DNA of 64,000 nt from an uncultured Acidobacteriota bacterium (GTDB taxonomy: Bacteria > Acidobacteriota > Terriglobia > UBA7540). The stretch covers positions 512,001-576,000 of the forward strand of contig CAWDSK010000002.1 of NCBI GenBank assembly GCA_963804995.1. Direction: 5' to 3'. The notes under the pieces were generated by a model that had not been told where the DNA came from, did not search any database, and worked only from the letters and a program-made list of their open reading frames with translations. Every line of letters starts with the position of its first letter. The first letter of the stretch is position 1. The translations under genes were made by a program, and so were the position numbers. Shown here one piece after another: positions 1 to 9,726 of this stretch.

Positions 1-241
1 GGCAAGCCAACCGCCAGCCGTTCGTCAGTTCCTCCGCGCTCAGGCGCTCGCGTTGCGCGGCGTTGACCTCCACCGATCCTTCCAGCACGTGGACGCGGCA
101 GCCGCGGCAGAGGCCCTGCCCTCCGCAGGGGAATTCTACTCCTTGTGCGAACAAAAGGTCGCGCAAAGAAGTCCCCCGGGGGGCAGTGAGCTCCGTTTGG
201 AGCGGGCGTAATGTTATTCGGAATGTTTTCTGTTTGGGCAT
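1..241 (-). CDS. N-terminal part (runs off window) of a 2Fe-2S ferredoxin-domain protein, probably an ASKHA/RACo-type reductive activator of corrinoid proteins
   Basis: Not in the ORF track. Manual translation gives MPKQKTFRITLRPLQTELTAPRGTSLRDLLFAQGVEFPCGGQGLCRGCRVHV...WRLAC, with the CGGxGxCxxC...RLAC 2Fe-2S motif. It lies next to DUF1638 and UroD-family genes. Confidence 0.8.
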   Translation of the reverse strand, partial: MPKQKTFRITLRPLQTELTAPRGTSLRDLLFAQGVEFPCGGQGLCRGCRVHVLEGSVEVNAAQRERLSAEELTNGWRLAC

Positions 242-804
242 AGCTTAGAAGCTGGGAGTTAGGAGCTAGGAGTTGTAGCGCCGGGCGTTAGCCCGGCAGG
301 TGTCCCGACAGGTTGGGACGCTACAAGTACCATTACCTGCGACGCTCCACTAGAAGCTAGGAGCTAGAAGCTAGCAGAGCTCGTGAATATGAATTCAAAA
401 GCCGGCTGACTTCGTCCAGTGCGTCCACCAGGGAATTGGTCTCAGCATAACCGAGGTCCCGCGCCAGAATCAGGTAGTAGTGACTCTCGTCCAGTGACCC
501 CTCGGCGATGTTAAAAAATCGCGCTTTGTCCGCCTTTCCGCGTTTTCGAAATCCTTCCGCAATGTTGGCAGCAATGGAAGTAGCGGCCCTCCGCATCTGA
601 CTTGAAAGCCCGTATGTCTCCGGCTTCGGGAAAAGCGCCGTCAATTTATAGACCCCCAATACGAACTCATGCGCTTTTCGCCAAACCACAAGATCCTCGA
701 AACGTTTCGCGGGCGGTAGGTTCAATGGCATTTTAGCTCCTAGCACCGAAATCCTTGCTCCTGGCTCCCGGCGCCTAACTGCTAGCTTTTAGCTCCTAAC
801 TTCT
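241..804. repeat. Degenerate heptamer arrays (TAGGAGC/TAGAAGC at ~241-274 and ~350-380; inverse GCTCCTA-like at ~733-804) bracketing the four-helix-bundle gene
   Basis: tagaagctgggagttaggagctaggag and tagaagctaggagctagaagctagc on the left; ttttagctcctagc...gctagcttttagctcctaacttct on the right. Confidence 0.75.
357..731 (-). CDS. Four helix bundle protein (23S rRNA intervening-sequence protein family)
   Basis: FEDLVVWRKAH...FPKPETYGLSSQMRRAATSIAANIAEG...FFNIAEGSLDE...LARDLGY family signature. Confidence 0.92.
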   Translation of the reverse strand: MPLNLPPAKRFEDLVVWRKAHEFVLGVYKLTALFPKPETYGLSSQMRRAATSIAANIAEGFRKRGKADKARFFNIAEGSLDESHYYLILARDLGYAETNSLVDALDEVSRLLNSYSRALLASSS

Positions 805-1807
805 GTTCCCTCGCGTACCGCAACAAGGCCCGCAAATTTTCATCCGGGGTATCGCGCGGCACTTCACACCCGGCGCTTACGATGAAGTTGTCGCCCGTTT
901 GCCGATGGCATTCGGCCATGGCGGTGTAGACCTCTTCTGCCGTCCCGTTGCGCAGCACGCGCACGGGGTCGATATTCCCCAGCAACACCTGCTTCGGCCC
1001 CATGGCCGCACGCCCCTCGGCCAGCGGCGCAAGCGAGTCGAGATCGACCACATCGCACCCGAGTTCACCCATGAGACCGAGAATCGGGCGCGTGTTACCG
1101 CAGATATGCAACCGCGAGCGCACACGCATAGCGCGCAGTCTCGCCATCATACGCTTTTCGTATGGCCACACGAATTCCTTATAAAGCTTTGGACCCACCA
1201 GCGACGCGGCCGCATCGCCCACGCCGATCAATTCAGCGCCTTCCGCCACCTGCGCCTTTGCAAAGGTGAGTTCAAGCTCTACGACGAATGCGAACAAGTC
1301 GTTGATGAAAGGCGGGTCGTCAAAGAAATCCGTCATCAAGGTATTTACGCCCCGCAGGTCAGCGGCCTGCGCCATGGGCCCTTCGATCCACCCCTCAATC
1401 AGCTTTTCTTTGCCCACCCGTTGGCGGTAGAGGCGGAGAGCCTCTAGCCGATTGCTCATGCGGGGGCCGGTGGCGGGATCTGGAACCTTCAAATTGCGCA
1501 ACTTGCTTTTGTCAGCCAGCAAGGCGTTGGCCTCGTCGAGTGCGGGCGGTTGATCGGGAAAGAACTTCACGGACGCGCCGCAGTCAGCGGCTTCACAGGC
1601 GGGGTCCGACATGGTGTTGACGTAATCGAAATCAAACTGTTCCGCCGTGCGGATTTGCCCTTCGACCAACACACGGTAGTCGGTTGAGTAATCACGATAC
1701 TGCGCGCCGATGCGGTCGCACGCAAACATCATGGTCATGGGCATGAAGGGGAGGCTGTCTGCTGGCTTCCCCTCCAGTCTGGCAAGAATGCGTTCGCGTC
1801 CGGTCAT
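782..1807 (-). CDS. Uroporphyrinogen decarboxylase-family / MtaA-CmuA-like corrinoid methyltransferase
   Basis: MTGRERILA start, EGP...A.LRG, LHICGNT (HxC Zn site), LLGNIDPV, SAGCEVP. Confidence 0.88.
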   Translation of the reverse strand: MTGRERILARLEGKPADSLPFMPMTMMFACDRIGAQYRDYSTDYRVLVEGQIRTAEQFDFDYVNTMSDPACEAADCGASVKFFPDQPPALDEANALLADKSKLRNLKVPDPATGPRMSNRLEALRLYRQRVGKEKLIEGWIEGPMAQAADLRGVNTLMTDFFDDPPFINDLFAFVVELELTFAKAQVAEGAELIGVGDAAASLVGPKLYKEFVWPYEKRMMARLRAMRVRSRLHICGNTRPILGLMGELGCDVVDLDSLAPLAEGRAAMGPKQVLLGNIDPVRVLRNGTAEEVYTAMAECHRQTGDNFIVSAGCEVPRDTPDENLRALLRYAREQKLGAKS

Positions 1808-2556
1808 GGCGCAACTGCCTCCGTGGAGATGATGCCGTCATCGTAGCTCGCCACGATGCGGTGGCCGGGTTCGACCACCAGGAATTCCTTCGCGTCCCAC
1901 TGGCCATTTACCAGGCGCTCGATCATTCCTATGTCACCTGCGACCTTCTCGTAGGTCCACCCGCGCTCCTTCGCTTCGTCGCGGGCTCGCTGCTCAAAGC
2001 TCGCGTCGGGCTCGACGCCCATTTCGATGAAGGTGAATTGGGCGTAGTGTCGGGCCAGATTCTTGCCGAACTCCTCCCACAGATAGCGGGCATTGTCCTC
2101 GCCGTACTTGGCGACCATCTCTTCATAGCTTTGCTTCAAGCCCAGCTTTTTGCCTAAAGCGAGTTGGCCCAGTTCGCCGTCCGCCTCGCCGCGCTCAATC
2201 CAACCGGTGGTCTTGAAATACACGCCGGGATGACTCTCAAAGTAGTCCATGTAGCGGGCCGCACTGCCCAGGAAGAGCGTGATGCAGTCGTGCGCGCGGG
2301 GAACCACCAAAGGAATTTCTTTGGCGGCGAGCCCCACGATGCCGTTGTTGCAGAGCCCGTAGCCAAGCAGCAGGGCGTCGTACTGGCGCTGGTCCACACG
2401 GTCGACGGCCGCCTGTAGCCGCGCTTGCATGTCTTCACACCCGATGTCATGCAATCCTTTGGGGAGAAACTCAATATCCACGGTGTGCGGCGAGCGCGCC
2501 ACGCAGGCACAAAATTCACGAAAGAAAATTTCGCAACTTAGAAGTTTTAGACGCAT
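1804..2556 (-). CDS. DUF1638 domain protein
   Basis: MRLKLLSCEIF, LPKGLHD, YDALLLGYGLCNNG, PRAHDCITLFLGS motifs. Start trimmed to the ATG at 2556; overlaps the next gene by 4 nt. Confidence 0.85.
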   Translation of the reverse strand: MRLKLLSCEIFFREFCACVARSPHTVDIEFLPKGLHDIGCEDMQARLQAAVDRVDQRQYDALLLGYGLCNNGIVGLAAKEIPLVVPRAHDCITLFLGSAARYMDYFESHPGVYFKTTGWIERGEADGELGQLALGKKLGLKQSYEEMVAKYGEDNARYLWEEFGKNLARHYAQFTFIEMGVEPDASFEQRARDEAKERGWTYEKVAGDIGMIERLVNGQWDAKEFLVVEPGHRIVASYDDGIISTEAVAP

Positions 2557-2687
2557 AGGTTTTCTGCGACGACGCTTCGCAATATATCCTGCGGAATTGC
2601 ACAGGACCTTTTCGCGGCTGGCAGCGTGGCTGTTTAAACACACCCCTGTCTGTCGCCTGCTCGGACCCATGACGGGGCATTCGCCGC

Positions 2688-3335
2688 GCCCTGCAGGGGC
2701 ACGATACAATAGCCGGGGGCAACGCCCCCGGAACAGCGTCCAGAACATGCGCCGACCCTGACGGGGTCGATAGGTTGTGCTTCACAACCACAGATAACGC
2801 TCATCAAAGGGAACCCGGTATTTCTTCAGCAGCAGCAATAACTCTTGCTCGAAGGTTTGCCTTTTGTGTCGTTCCTTCTGACCCGTTATGTAGATCTTCA
2901 ACGCCTCCACTTGGGACTCGCCGACGGTAAAAGCTCCGTACCCGTCCTGCCAACTGAATGACCGAAACGCGTTGCCCTTCGTTTTGATCCACTTGGAGGA
3001 GCTTTTCTTCAGTTCCTCCATCAAATGGCAAAGGGCAATTTTCTTGGACTGCGAGACCAAGAGGTGGACGTGATTTTCTGTCCCGCCGGCAGCAAGGCAA
3101 CGTGACTCTAAGTTCTTCGCCGTCCCCCCCCATATATGCATAGAGCTCAGGCTCGACCTCGGGGGTGATCAACGATTGGCGGTTCTTGGTCGAAAAAACC
3201 ACATGTACCATCAGGCTTACTAGCGTCTGAGCCATGGTTGTCCTGCTGCTGAATTGACCCTTTCAGGGTCAGTAAGTAGGCGCCCACTTTCCGGGGGCTT
3301 TGCCCCCGGCTATTCAATTCATCCCCTGCGGGGAT
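2688..3335. mobile_element. IS200/IS605-like (RAYT-like) element with ~80-bp inverted multi-hairpin ends
   Basis: The left end (2688-2770, gccctgcaggggc..aatagccgggggcaacgcccccggaa..gaccctgacggggtc) closely matches the reverse complement of the right end (3255-3335). The two ends enclose a transposase gene. Confidence 0.8.
2782..3235 (-). CDS. tnpA: IS200/IS605-family Y1 HUH transposase, split by a +1 frameshift in a G8 run at 3124-3131
   Basis: Two overlapping ORFs: VHVVFSTKNR...LYAYMGG and TENHVHLL (HUH)...WQDGYGAFTV...YITGQKERH. Confidence 0.88.
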
Positions 3336-3417
3336 TCAATTGGTACCGGTCCGTAGCTTTCACGCTCGGCACGCCCCCAACTGTTAAATGCATCCCGTAC
3401 GGGGATTCACCGCGCTT

Positions 3418-3460
3418 GCTGCCTTCCGCCTTCTGCCTACTGCTTACTGCCTATTGCCTG
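3418..3460. repeat. CTGCCTA/CTGCCTT heptamer array
   Basis: gctgccttccgccttctgcctactgcttactgcctattgcctg. Confidence 0.75.
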
Positions 3461-4316
3461 CCCCAGGGCGCGAATGAATTCCGGGTTGGTTCCGCAGCAC
3501 CCACCCAGGAAGTTCGCACCCGCGGCGAGTAAGGCTGGCGCATGCCGGGCGAACTCCTCCGCACTCGTCCGGTATTGCGTTTGACCCTCTACGAGCTGCG
3601 GCAACCCTGCATTGGGCTTAATCCAAATCGGGAGTGGAGTTGAGTCGTGGAGCCGCTTCGTAAGGGGAGCATAGCTTTCGATGCCTTGCCCGCAGTTAGC
3701 TCCGATGACATCCGCGCCCGCGGCGGTGAGCTCGGCGGCTGCCTCCTCCGGCGTCGTACCCATCATGGTCCGGTCGTAGTTCTTTCCGGAATCAAAGGCC
3801 ATGGAGACAATCACCGGGAGGCCCACACCTCGCGCCGCCTGAACCCCGACCTTCGCTTCCGCCAGGTCGCTCATGGTTTCGAAGATCAGGGCGTCAGCTC
3901 CAGCCTCTGCCAAGGTTTCGGCCTGCTCGGCGTAAGCCGCGCGGAGTTCCTCTTCATTGACCTCCCCCATCATCAGCAGCTTGCCGCTCGGCCCGAGCGA
4001 AGCGAACACGCGGGCTCGCCCCGCCGCGGCGCGACGGGAAATTTCCACGCCCAGGCGGTTGATTTCCTTCAGGTGCTCGACTCGCCCATGACGCTTCGAG
4101 CGCCAGGCGATTGGCGCGGAAAGTGTTGGTCAGGATGACTTGGCTGCCCGCCTCCACATAAGCGCGCGCGACTTCTTCCACGCGGTCAGGGTGCGTCAGA
4201 TTCCAGACGTTGGGGCATTCACCGGCTTCGAGCCCACGCGCCTGGAACTCCGTTCCCCAAGCGCCGTCGGTAAGAATGGGTCCGTGCGAAATAAGCTGTT
4301 GTATCAAGGCGTGCAT
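3437..4316 (-). CDS. Stand-alone homocysteine S-methyltransferase domain protein (MetH N-terminal-like), +1 frameshift at ~4096
   Basis: LTDGAWGTE, WNLTHPD, AGSQVILTNTF in the first ORF; FETMSD, GANC, PNAGLP, GGCCGT (Zn ligands) in the second. Confidence 0.9.
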
Positions 4317-4330
4317 CTATTCCTTCTTAA

Positions 4331-4412
4331 CGATTGACGATTGAGGATTTACGATTGCCAGTTGAAATCCGTCCTTCTTCAATCGTCAATCGACCATCGA
4401 CAATCATCAATC
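4331..4412. repeat. Inverted CGATTGA-type heptamer arrays
   Basis: cgattgacgattgaggatttacgattg ... aatcgtcaatcgaccatcgacaatcatcaatc. Confidence 0.65.
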
Positions 4413-4416
4413 CTAT

Positions 4417-5224
4417 CTACGCGGCCTTTGGGGCCTCGAGCTTTTCCTTCACGGAAGGCACGCAAATAAGTGGCGCAATACTCGTCGCGTCCCAGCAAAG
4501 CTTCCGCCGCGCGGATATTGGCCATGAGTTGCGGGTCGCAGGGGTCGACGATACCGGCATCCAGGCCCCGCGCCATCAGCAGGACTGCAAAGGTCTCATT
4601 GAGCAGCTTGCGGACGGGCAGTCCAAACGAAACGTTACTGACCCCCGCGCTGATATGCACTCCGGGGTAACGCGCGGCGATCTGCCCGACGCCGTCCAGG
4701 ATGGCTTTGCCATGTTCGGGGGCGGTCGAGACTGGGATCACGCAGGGGTCAACGTAGATGTCGTCGAGCCCGAAGCCCTCCGCAAGCAGCCGGTCCACCA
4801 GGTGGCACGCGGTCGCAACCCGCTCCTCGGCGGTCGAGGGTGGACCTGCCTCTCCCATGCACAGCGCGATCACCTTGGGGCGGAATTCTTTCAGGACGGG
4901 GAGCAGAGCTTCGATGCGGGTCCGCTCATCCGTGATGGAATTGATCATGGCGCGTTGCTTGCACAGCGGCAGAGCGCGGCGCAGGGCTTCGGGATCGGCG
5001 CTGTCGAGGCAAAGCGGCACGGGAACGGCTTCCTGCACGATGTTCACGAGCCACGGCAGAACCTCCAGTTCCTGGCCGGGCAGACCGCCGTTGACGTTGA
5101 GCATATCGGCCCCGGCGGCCACTTGCCGGCGAGCGATTTCCTGGAAGAACTGCACGTCCCTTTTGGCAGCCGCTTCCCCGACCTTCTTTCGCGTGCAATT
5201 GATCAATTCACCGATGATGAGCAT
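4417..5224 (-). CDS. Methyltetrahydrofolate:corrinoid methyltransferase, AcsE-like pterin-binding protein; probable +1 frameshift at ~4443, true stop likely TAG at 4417-4419
   Basis: IIGELIN, PLCLDS, AMINSIT, IYVDP, GVSNVSFGLP.R..LN, GLDAGIVDP, EALLGRDEYC..YL.AFR motifs. Confidence 0.88.
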
Positions 5225-5256
5225 GGAATCTAATTTCCCTCCTAACGGTAGATAGT

Positions 5257-5504
5257 GGGCAGAAGGCAGTAGGCAGTAGGCAGAAAGCAGAGAACCACAT
5301 GTTGCCCTATTCCGCCGTCCGGTCTACGTTCCTGCTTTCTGCCCCGAAGGGGCAAACCGTGAGATGCGATCCGCAGGTTGAAACCTGCGGCTATTCATGG
5401 ACGGCCCCTTCAGGGCCTGCCTACTGCTTACTGCCTACCGCATACCGCCTACTGCTTTCCGCCTTCCGCCTTCTGCTTTCTGCCTACTGCTTTCTGCCTA
5501 CTGT
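5257..5504. repeat. Inverted CTGCCTA heptamer arrays (5257-5291 and 5417-5504) enclosing a hairpin cluster (5340-5417) resembling the tnpA element ends
   Basis: ggcagaaggcagtaggcagtaggcagaaagcag versus ~12 ctgccta/ctgcttt units; internal gccccgaaggggc and ccgcaggttgaaacctgcggctatt. Confidence 0.8.
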
Positions 5505-7052
5505 CAACTCGATTCGCTTACCAAGGTTATCCAAGTGAACGAAACGATTGGCCAGGGCGTTGGTGCCATCCAGGCGCCAGTCGCGCGGGGGGATGAGCGT
5601 GCGAGCGAATTTTCGTGGATCGTCTCCCATCGCCAGCGCGCCGTGGTAAATCGTGTTCCAGATGCACGGTTGCTCGGGATGGACCTCACAAGTGCCGTCG
5701 ATTCGCGAGCCACCGCAGGGGCCGTTGCGCAGCTCCTTGTAGCACCAGCGCATGGAGCAGCCGGCGTAATCAAGGTGGTCTTGCAGGCAATCGCCGCAAC
5801 TCTTGCAACCCAGCGTGGCTTTGCGGTACAGGGTGGAGGGCTCAAGCAGCCAATACCACAGGCCGTGGCGCCAGGAATCCGTTTTGCCATTCGTCTTGAG
5901 GTGAGAACCAAAAAAGCGCGCGCCCAGCGAACCCTCGGCAATCAGGTGACGGTGCACCAGCTTCGAGAGCCACTGCGTGAAGGTGGCGTGGGGCTTCCGG
6001 TGGCTAAGTTGGTAGTTGCCCGTGGCGTCGCTCAAGCCCTCAGCAGCCGGGGGCAGCAGATAGAATTCGTTCGCGGTGGGGATCACCAACTCGTCCAGGC
6101 GCTTTCGCCAATCGCTTCCGATCGCCGCGGCGCGCTCCGCAATGGTCATAAAATCGCGATGCGCAAGGCCGAAGCCGCCCACGTGCGCTCCGGCAAAGCC
6201 CAGGTCCTTCACGGCCGCCACCATCAGCGCGGCCCGTTCCAGGCGTTCGGGTTTCTTCTCTTTTTCCAACCGCCTGATGAGCTCGTCGGGAATGACGCAG
6301 CCCGCCACTTCCCCGGCCTGCATCATCTGCGCGATTTTGGCCGTGGGAACATAGACGTTGGCGAGCACCGGGATGTGACCCAATCCCTCGCGCTCCAGGT
6401 ATTGCTTCAGCTCGTAAAGCTTGCGCAGGTTGTATCCCAGTTGGGTGATGATGAATCGGGCTCCAACCGCGATTTTCAATTGCAGCTTGTAGAGCTGCAT
6501 CATCAGGTCAGACTCGTGGACCTTGTAAGGGTTCACTACGGCGCCGCTGAAGAAATCAAAAGGGGTGCTGTGGATGGTGCGCGGGCCCAGGTTGTACTCA
6601 ATGCCCTTGCGCATGGCCTCGATCAACCAAAGGATGAGGACGGAGTCCAGGTCATAGACGGGTTTCGACCTGCCCGCGAAGCCCTCTTTTTGTGCGTCGC
6701 CCGTCAGGGCCAGAATGTTTTCGACACCCAGGCGGGCTAGACTGTGCAGGCGGCCTTCGAGGGACGACCGGTTCCCATCCTTGCCCGTCAGGTGGGCAAT
6801 CGGAGTCAGCCCCAGGTCTTTGATTCCTGCCACGAATGCTTCGGGGGGCAGCGCAGGGTTGCCGCCCGGCAGGTCTGTCACGCTGATGACCTTGATGCCA
6901 TTGGCCTCGGCGGCGGCTTCCTTGACGAAAGTCTCCGCCTCCACGACGTTGTGGTCCCGCCCCAGCACGAGCTCCGCCGTGCAGAAGAATTGCTTCTTCT
7001 TGAGCGCCAGCTTCAAATGGTTTCCCGTTCCCGCTTCTTCGCCTGCAGTCAT
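5484..7052 (-). CDS. metF: Methylenetetrahydrofolate reductase with fused C-terminal Cys-rich MetV-like domain
   Basis: [40 protein letters not shown]-terminus CKSCGDC...[21 protein letters not shown]. Confidence 0.88.
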   Translation of the reverse strand: MTAGEEAGTGNHLKLALKKKQFFCTAELVLGRDHNVVEAETFVKEAAAEANGIKVISVTDLPGGNPALPPEAFVAGIKDLGLTPIAHLTGKDGNRSSLEGRLHSLARLGVENILALTGDAQKEGFAGRSKPVYDLDSVLILWLIEAMRKGIEYNLGPRTIHSTPFDFFSGAVVNPYKVHESDLMMQLYKLQLKIAVGARFIITQLGYNLRKLYELKQYLEREGLGHIPVLANVYVPTAKIAQMMQAGEVAGCVIPDELIRRLEKEKKPERLERAALMVAAVKDLGFAGAHVGGFGLAHRDFMTIAERAAAIGSDWRKRLDELVIPTANEFYLLPPAAEGLSDATGNYQLSHRKPHATFTQWLSKLVHRHLIAEGSLGARFFGSHLKTNGKTDSWRHGLWYWLLEPSTLYRKATLGCKSCGDCLQDHLDYAGCSMRWCYKELRNGPCGGSRIDGTCEVHPEQPCIWNTIYHGALAMGDDPRKFARTLIPPRDWRLDGTNALANRFVHLDNLGKRIELTVGRKQ

Positions 7053-7165
7053 TCGTATTTCCTTTGGCCCGTCACGCTCGCCTTGCATTTCTCCGGCGCG
7101 AAGGCGGGGGTTCTGTCTGTGATGTAGCGGTCCCGATGCTCCCTAGCGGGTGCCGCGTGCCGAGC

Positions 7166-7621
7166 TTATCCCCCTGTCATCGGCTCTCGTTCTCCGTGTA
7201 AGGAGAGCGCCGCCTTATGGCTCTTGATCAGACGGCGGCCGATCAACGCCGCCAGGTGTTTGTAGAAAACCAGCCCGCTCGCACAATCTGCACGCAGAAT
7301 TTGATCCAGGTGGTGGTTTTCGATCTTCAGGACCTTGACGGGAACCAGGCATTCCGCGGACGCCGTGTACGTCTCGTTGTCCACCAGACTCGACCAGCCG
7401 AGGGCGTCGCCCGGGTCGCTGGATACGTAGGCCAGGAGTTCTTTGTGCCCCACACTCAGCCGCACGCGTCCCTCACTCAGTATGTAGAAATCCGTGGCGG
7501 GCTCGCCCTCACGAAAAATGAACGCGCCCGCCGCGTACGATTCTTCAGTTGCGGCATCCAGAATCTTCCCGCGAGTTTCCTCGCTCATTCCCTGAAAAAG
7601 GTAAGCTGTTTCCAGGTACAT
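7166..7621 (-). CDS. Cyclic nucleotide-binding domain protein (no HTH)
   Basis: LFQGMS, IFREGEPATDFYILSEGRVRL, PGDALGWSSL..YTASAEC. Confidence 0.85.
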   Translation of the reverse strand: MYLETAYLFQGMSEETRGKILDAATEESYAAGAFIFREGEPATDFYILSEGRVRLSVGHKELLAYVSSDPGDALGWSSLVDNETYTASAECLVPVKVLKIENHHLDQILRADCASGLVFYKHLAALIGRRLIKSHKAALSLHGEREPMTGG

Positions 7622-7635
7622 TGTTCGCTCCTATC

Positions 7636-9400
7636 CTAAAACAATCCTGAAACCTTCCCGGTCTTCACATCCACATCCACCCGGCGGAATCCCGGGTTGG
7701 ACGACGTGCCGGGCATCAAGCTGATGGTGCCCGCGCAGGGGCAAAGGAATTTGGCGCCCGAGTAAACCAGCACGTCGCGAATCGGCAGCACCCAGCCTTC
7801 GGGAACTCCCTTGAGCGCCGGATCGTGGCTCAGGCTCAGGTGGGTCTTCACCATCATGGTGGCATAGTCGGCGTACTTGGGGTCGGACTTCGAGCGCTTT
7901 GGATTTGGCTTCCGCTTCGGGCGTCCAGACAACTCCATCGGCGCCGTAAACTTCCTTGGCAATGTGCTCAACCCGATCGCGCAACTTCATCTCAAGCGGG
8001 TAGAGGTACTGAAATTTGACTTCGTCCCGGCAGGCGTCCAGTACCGCGTCCGCGAGCTCCAGCGCCCCCTCGCCGCCTTTGGCCCAGTGCTCGGAAGAGG
8101 CACAGCGTGCGCCCGTGGCTTCCACGGCCCGCCGCACCAGGGTGATTTCTTCTTTCGTATCGGTATTAAAACAGTTAATACAGACCACCGGATTGATTCC
8201 CGACCGGCGAATGATGCCCAGATGGTGCAGCAGGTTGGGAAGTCCCTTTTCGACGAGCCGCAGATTCTCGCGAGTGTATTCCTCTGCCAGCGGTAATCCG
8301 GGTGCGACGCGTGGACCGCCGCCGTGCATCTTGAGGGCGCGGATAGTGGTGGTCAGCACGGAGACGTTGGGCTTAAGCCCGCTGCACCGGCACTTGACGT
8401 TCCAGAACTTTTCGAAGCCGATGTCCGCTGCAAAGCCGCTCTCCGTGACGTGAAAGTCAAACATCTTCAGGCCCAGGCGGTCGCCGATAATCGACGACTG
8501 CCCCACGGCGATGTTGGCGAAGGGCCCGGCGTGCACCATGCAAGGCTGGTATTCAGCCGTGCTGCACAAGGTGGGGTTGATTGTGTTGCGCATCCAGGCG
8601 GCCATGGCGCCCGCAACTTCGAGATCCTGCGTGGTGACGGCATTCCCCTGCTTGTCGTAGGCGACGGTGATCTCCCCCAGGCGCTTCCGCAAGTCGGCCA
8701 GGTCCGTGACAATGGCGAGAATCGCCATCAGCTCAGAGCTGACCGTGATGGCGAACTTCGATTGCACCATGAAACCGTCTTGCTTGCCGCCGATACCGAT
8801 GATGATGTTGCGCAGCGCCTGCGCGCAGAAATCGATGACCCAACCCATTTCGAGGCGCGTGGGGTCGATATCCAGGCGGCGCGTCACGCCGTGCTGCTGC
8901 AACTGCTGGTCGCTGTAATTCCGTTCGTGCTGTAAGCGCGCGGTGAGCGCCACCATGGCCAGATTGTGGGCATTGGCAATGTCGTTGATGTCGCCCGTAA
9001 GCCCCAGGGAGAACTCCGTCATGGGGATCAGCAGGGCGTTTCCACCCCCCGCCGCCGTGCCTTTCACGTTCATCGTCGGGCCGCCGGAGGGCTGGCGCAG
9101 GCAGCCGCCCACGTTTTTGCCCCGTTTCCCCAGACCTTCGATCAAACCCAGGGAAGTTGTGCTTTTTCCCTCACCTAGAGGAGTGGGTGTAATGGCTGTA
9201 ACTTCAACGTATTTCCCGTCCGGGCGGTCTTTTAGTCTTTCGATGATCTTAAGGAAATCCAGCTTCGCCAGCCGCCCCATGGGGATGACTTCATCTTGTT
9301 GCAGGCCCAATCTTTCCTGCCATTCGTGAGGGCTGGGCATCTGGCGTTCTGCCGCCTCGGAAATTTCCCAGTCCTGCATCTTCGTCGCGTCGTACGCCAT
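7636..9400 (-). CDS. fhs: Formate-tetrahydrofolate ligase, +1 frameshift at ~7890
   Basis: [62 protein letters not shown]. The C-terminus [13 protein letters not shown] is in the second ORF. Confidence 0.95.
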
Positions 9401-9440
9401 TCGAAAGACCCCCGATTTCCCGGTACGATTAAGTCTTCAA

Positions 9441-9456
9441 AGCACTTGCGGTGCCA
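9441..9456 (-). promoter_or_regulatory. sigma54 (-24/-12) promoter upstream of the fhs operon
   Basis: Minus strand reads TGGCACC-GCAA-GTGCT versus consensus TGGCACG-N4-TTGCW, ~40 bp upstream of the fhs ATG. Confidence 0.6.
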
Positions 9457-9726
9457 TTCCAAGGGGAGTGTGGAGAAATTCAACGCCCCTCAGGGTTATG
9501 TGACCTGGTCCTCTGGGGGGGGCCTGAGGTGGCAAAACAGGGAGTCGCGCGCCCCCACAATCGAAAACTCGTGCCTCCGCGCCCCCGAATCTCTATTCAA
9601 CATGAGAGATTAACTAACACATTATAACCTTCCGGAAATCAGAATTCCCAATTCGTCATTACGATTTTGGCCTGCTTGCCTTTTTGGGGTGCGTCAAGTA
9701 GGATGGCGGGAATTTCAGGTCACCCT

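Noticed and set aside
357..731. Diversity-generating retroelement (Avd-like gene, with an FGE/CLec-type protein at 12627)
   Set aside because: No reverse transcriptase and no TR/VR pair with adenine-specific mismatches were seen.
1..9400. Complete Wood-Ljungdahl pathway or acetogenesis
   Set aside because: No CODH/ACS, CoFeSP or folD genes are in the window; only methyl-branch parts are visible.
7631..9400. Calling fhs and the other frameshifted genes pseudogenes or programmed frameshifts
   Set aside because: Each has a single +1 insertion at a recurring motif with intact sequence on both sides, so a sequencing artefact is the more parsimonious explanation.
9400..9720. Cobalamin, THF or SAM riboswitch upstream of fhs
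   Set aside because: No conserved riboswitch core was recognised, and the predicted sigma54 leader is only ~30 nt.
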